A stretch of 63,659 bases of DNA, counting the filler, from Octopus bimaculoides (Eukaryota): NCBI RefSeq assembly GCF_001194135.2. It is 8 parts of 6 records of this genome, joined end to end, with 100 filler letters (N's around TTAATTAATTAA, not from the genome) between each part and the next. Parts side by side here need not be neighbours in the genome. Positions count along the whole stretch, not along the records: positions 56,778 to 61,996 come from NC_068982.1; positions 62,097 to 63,659 come from NC_068982.1; 6 more parts are not named here. The stretch is one strand, 5' to 3'. Of the stretch, positions 61,814-63,659 are shown piece after piece. The notes beneath the pieces were generated by a model. It ran no database searches. It worked only from the letters and a program-made list of their open reading frames with translations, and was not told the origin of the DNA. Position 1 is the stretch's first letter. Each line of letters begins with the position of its first letter. Position numbers and translations under genes: made by a program.

Positions 61814-62209
61814 CTTCCGACGGACGTGCTGTCACATCGGCTGCAGAGGTAAACGTTTTTTTTTTTTACCTTATATTGCCCACATTTGTTAAAAAAATTT
61901 TCATATAATCTGTGCGAAGCACCCAAGCTTCATTTGTATATTTTTCGAAGGGAGAAATTGGCCTCTAGGGGCAGTTCCAGCCCCGTCAAAATATAANNNN
62001 NNNNNNNNNNNNNNNNNNNNNNNNNNNNNNNNNNNNNNNNTTAATTAATTAANNNNNNNNNNNNNNNNNNNNNNNNNNNNNNNNNNNNNNNNNNNNTATA
62101 TATATATAATTTATGCATAGTATATATATGTATGTATATATATATTTATGTATATATATATTTATATATATATATATATATGCGACAACCATTGCACTAT
62201 CAACTCACA

Positions 62210-63070
62210 AATGCACTACAGCCTGCATATACAGGACGCGAAGGCACTGTAATCCGAGAGCCACCAGCAGTGAAAGACTTGGGGATCAGTATGTACAATG
62301 ATGCATTATTTCATATGCACTTTACCAAGATGGCAGCAAAGTGCAGACAACTGGCAGGATGGAGACTGAGGCCCGTCAAGACAAGAAGCCAAGAAAGTAT
62401 GTTGACCCTGTGAAGAGCCTTTGTTCTCAGCCGCCTGGAATATTGCTCCCAGTTGTGGTCATCACATAGTGCCAAACTAACAGCGGAGCTTGAAGCAGTC
62501 CCACGTCACAAGAGTAAAAACACTGAAACAGTGCAGCAGATGAGCTACAGGGATAGGCTGAGAAAACTACAGCTTTATTCCTCGGAGAGAAGGCGTGAGA
62601 GATATGCAGTAATATACATATGGAAAATCCTAGAAGGGCCAGTACCTAACTTTGGCATTGAGTGTTATACAAATGCCAGAACTGGCCGCCATTGTATTGT
62701 GACAAAGGTATCGTCCACTGCATCTAAATTCAGGACCAGGTACTGCAATAGCCTAGGGTTCAAAGGTCTACGGTTCTTCAATGCCCTGCCACAAAAATTA
62801 AGAATCTGCATAAGGTGGAAGTAGGTGTCTTCAAAGAAGAACCAGATATCTTGTTCTCCACAACACCGGATGAACCAACAACCCGATATGAGGTGCAGAC
62901 GAGGGCATCGGAATCAAACTCCCTTACACACCAAATGGGCCGACAGCTGGCACAAGGGCACACACAGGAGTGGTGATGCGAAGCACCCCAGGCTGAGGAA
63001 ATCAGAGAGACCACGGAGGTGCTCCAGCATGACCGCAGCTACATGGCTGAAACGAGTAAAATAGTAAAAG
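62210..63070 (+). mobile_element. CR1-like LINE 3' portion
   Basis: VKDLGISMYNDALFHMHF, RLEYCSQLWS, RLRKLQLYSSERRRERYAVIYIWKILEG.VPN, RTRYCNSLGFKGLRFFNALP. Tail GGAGGTGCTCCAGCATGACCGCAGCTACATGGCTGAAACGAGTAAAATAGTAAAAGA. Confidence 0.92.
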
Positions 63071-63659
63071 ATATATGTGTGTATGTGTGTGCTTGTGCGT
63101 GTGTGTGTGTGTGTGTGTATGTGCGTGCGTGCGTGTGTGTGTGTGTGTAGATTAGAAGAAAATGCTGTTGAATTGATAAAACTATAGTCCCGAACGACCC
63201 ACAGCCATCCTCACTCGGTGTGGCCTCATCGCTTCGCTGAAGATATGTTGGCTTGCTGTGCGCTTAGATTTGTACGGAATAATAAATTCTTATCGGTATG
63301 TGTGTCACTGAGGGCAACGGTACTGATAGGATGCAATAGGATAAGGTTTTCTTGGGATAACATTGAAAGCTTTTTGTCTGCGTCGAGGAATGCGATGGCA
63401 ACGGCAATAAAAGCCCGTTGTAGTTAATAAAGAACTACGTGCAACGAGACGGAAAGCCAGACTGACAGACAGGCATGCAGGCAGACGAGGTGACTGCCTC
63501 GCTTACTCTCGAATCGACGATGGTGGGGTGGTGAGGGGTGTCCTACAGACCCAAATGGATCGATCGCAATACACATCTAGATCTATACAGCAACATGTAT
63601 ACACACATCACATCCATACATGTGTGTTTGTATATATATATATATGTATATATATATAT

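Overview
AT-rich, microsatellite-dense, gap-ridden animal DNA. The SINE/LINE/Penelope repertoire and TTAGGG-type repeats resemble an octopus or other cephalopod draft assembly; this is inference from repeat style, not a database result. The window is not one locus: seven identical 100-bp spacers (44 N + TTAATTAATTAA + 44 N) join eight pieces (1-18374, 18475-38350, 38451-43821, 43922-46797, 46898-49212, 49313-56677, 56778-61996, 62097-63659), and an Illumina adapter remnant sits at 18475. No intact host protein-coding gene can be supported. Recognisable coding sequence is all decayed transposon: R4/Dong, CR1-like and CRE-like LINEs, several Penelope-like elements (PLEs), mariner and maT transposases, and a Helitron helicase. 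There are also four tRNA-derived SINE families and several MITEs. The most interesting signals are: (i) several structurally different type I hammerhead ribozyme folds at PLE ends, including a fold-back with one hammerhead on each strand (non-canonical CCGAUGA core) and hammerheads with a long stem II; (ii) two related 8-bp-TSD, GG-terminal (Merlin-like) MITEs carrying central telomeric repeats, with the same body but different TIRs; (iii) four R4/Dong 3' ends stacked in one (AAT)n tract; (iv) a possible minus-strand exon interrupted by a 19-bp VNTR.
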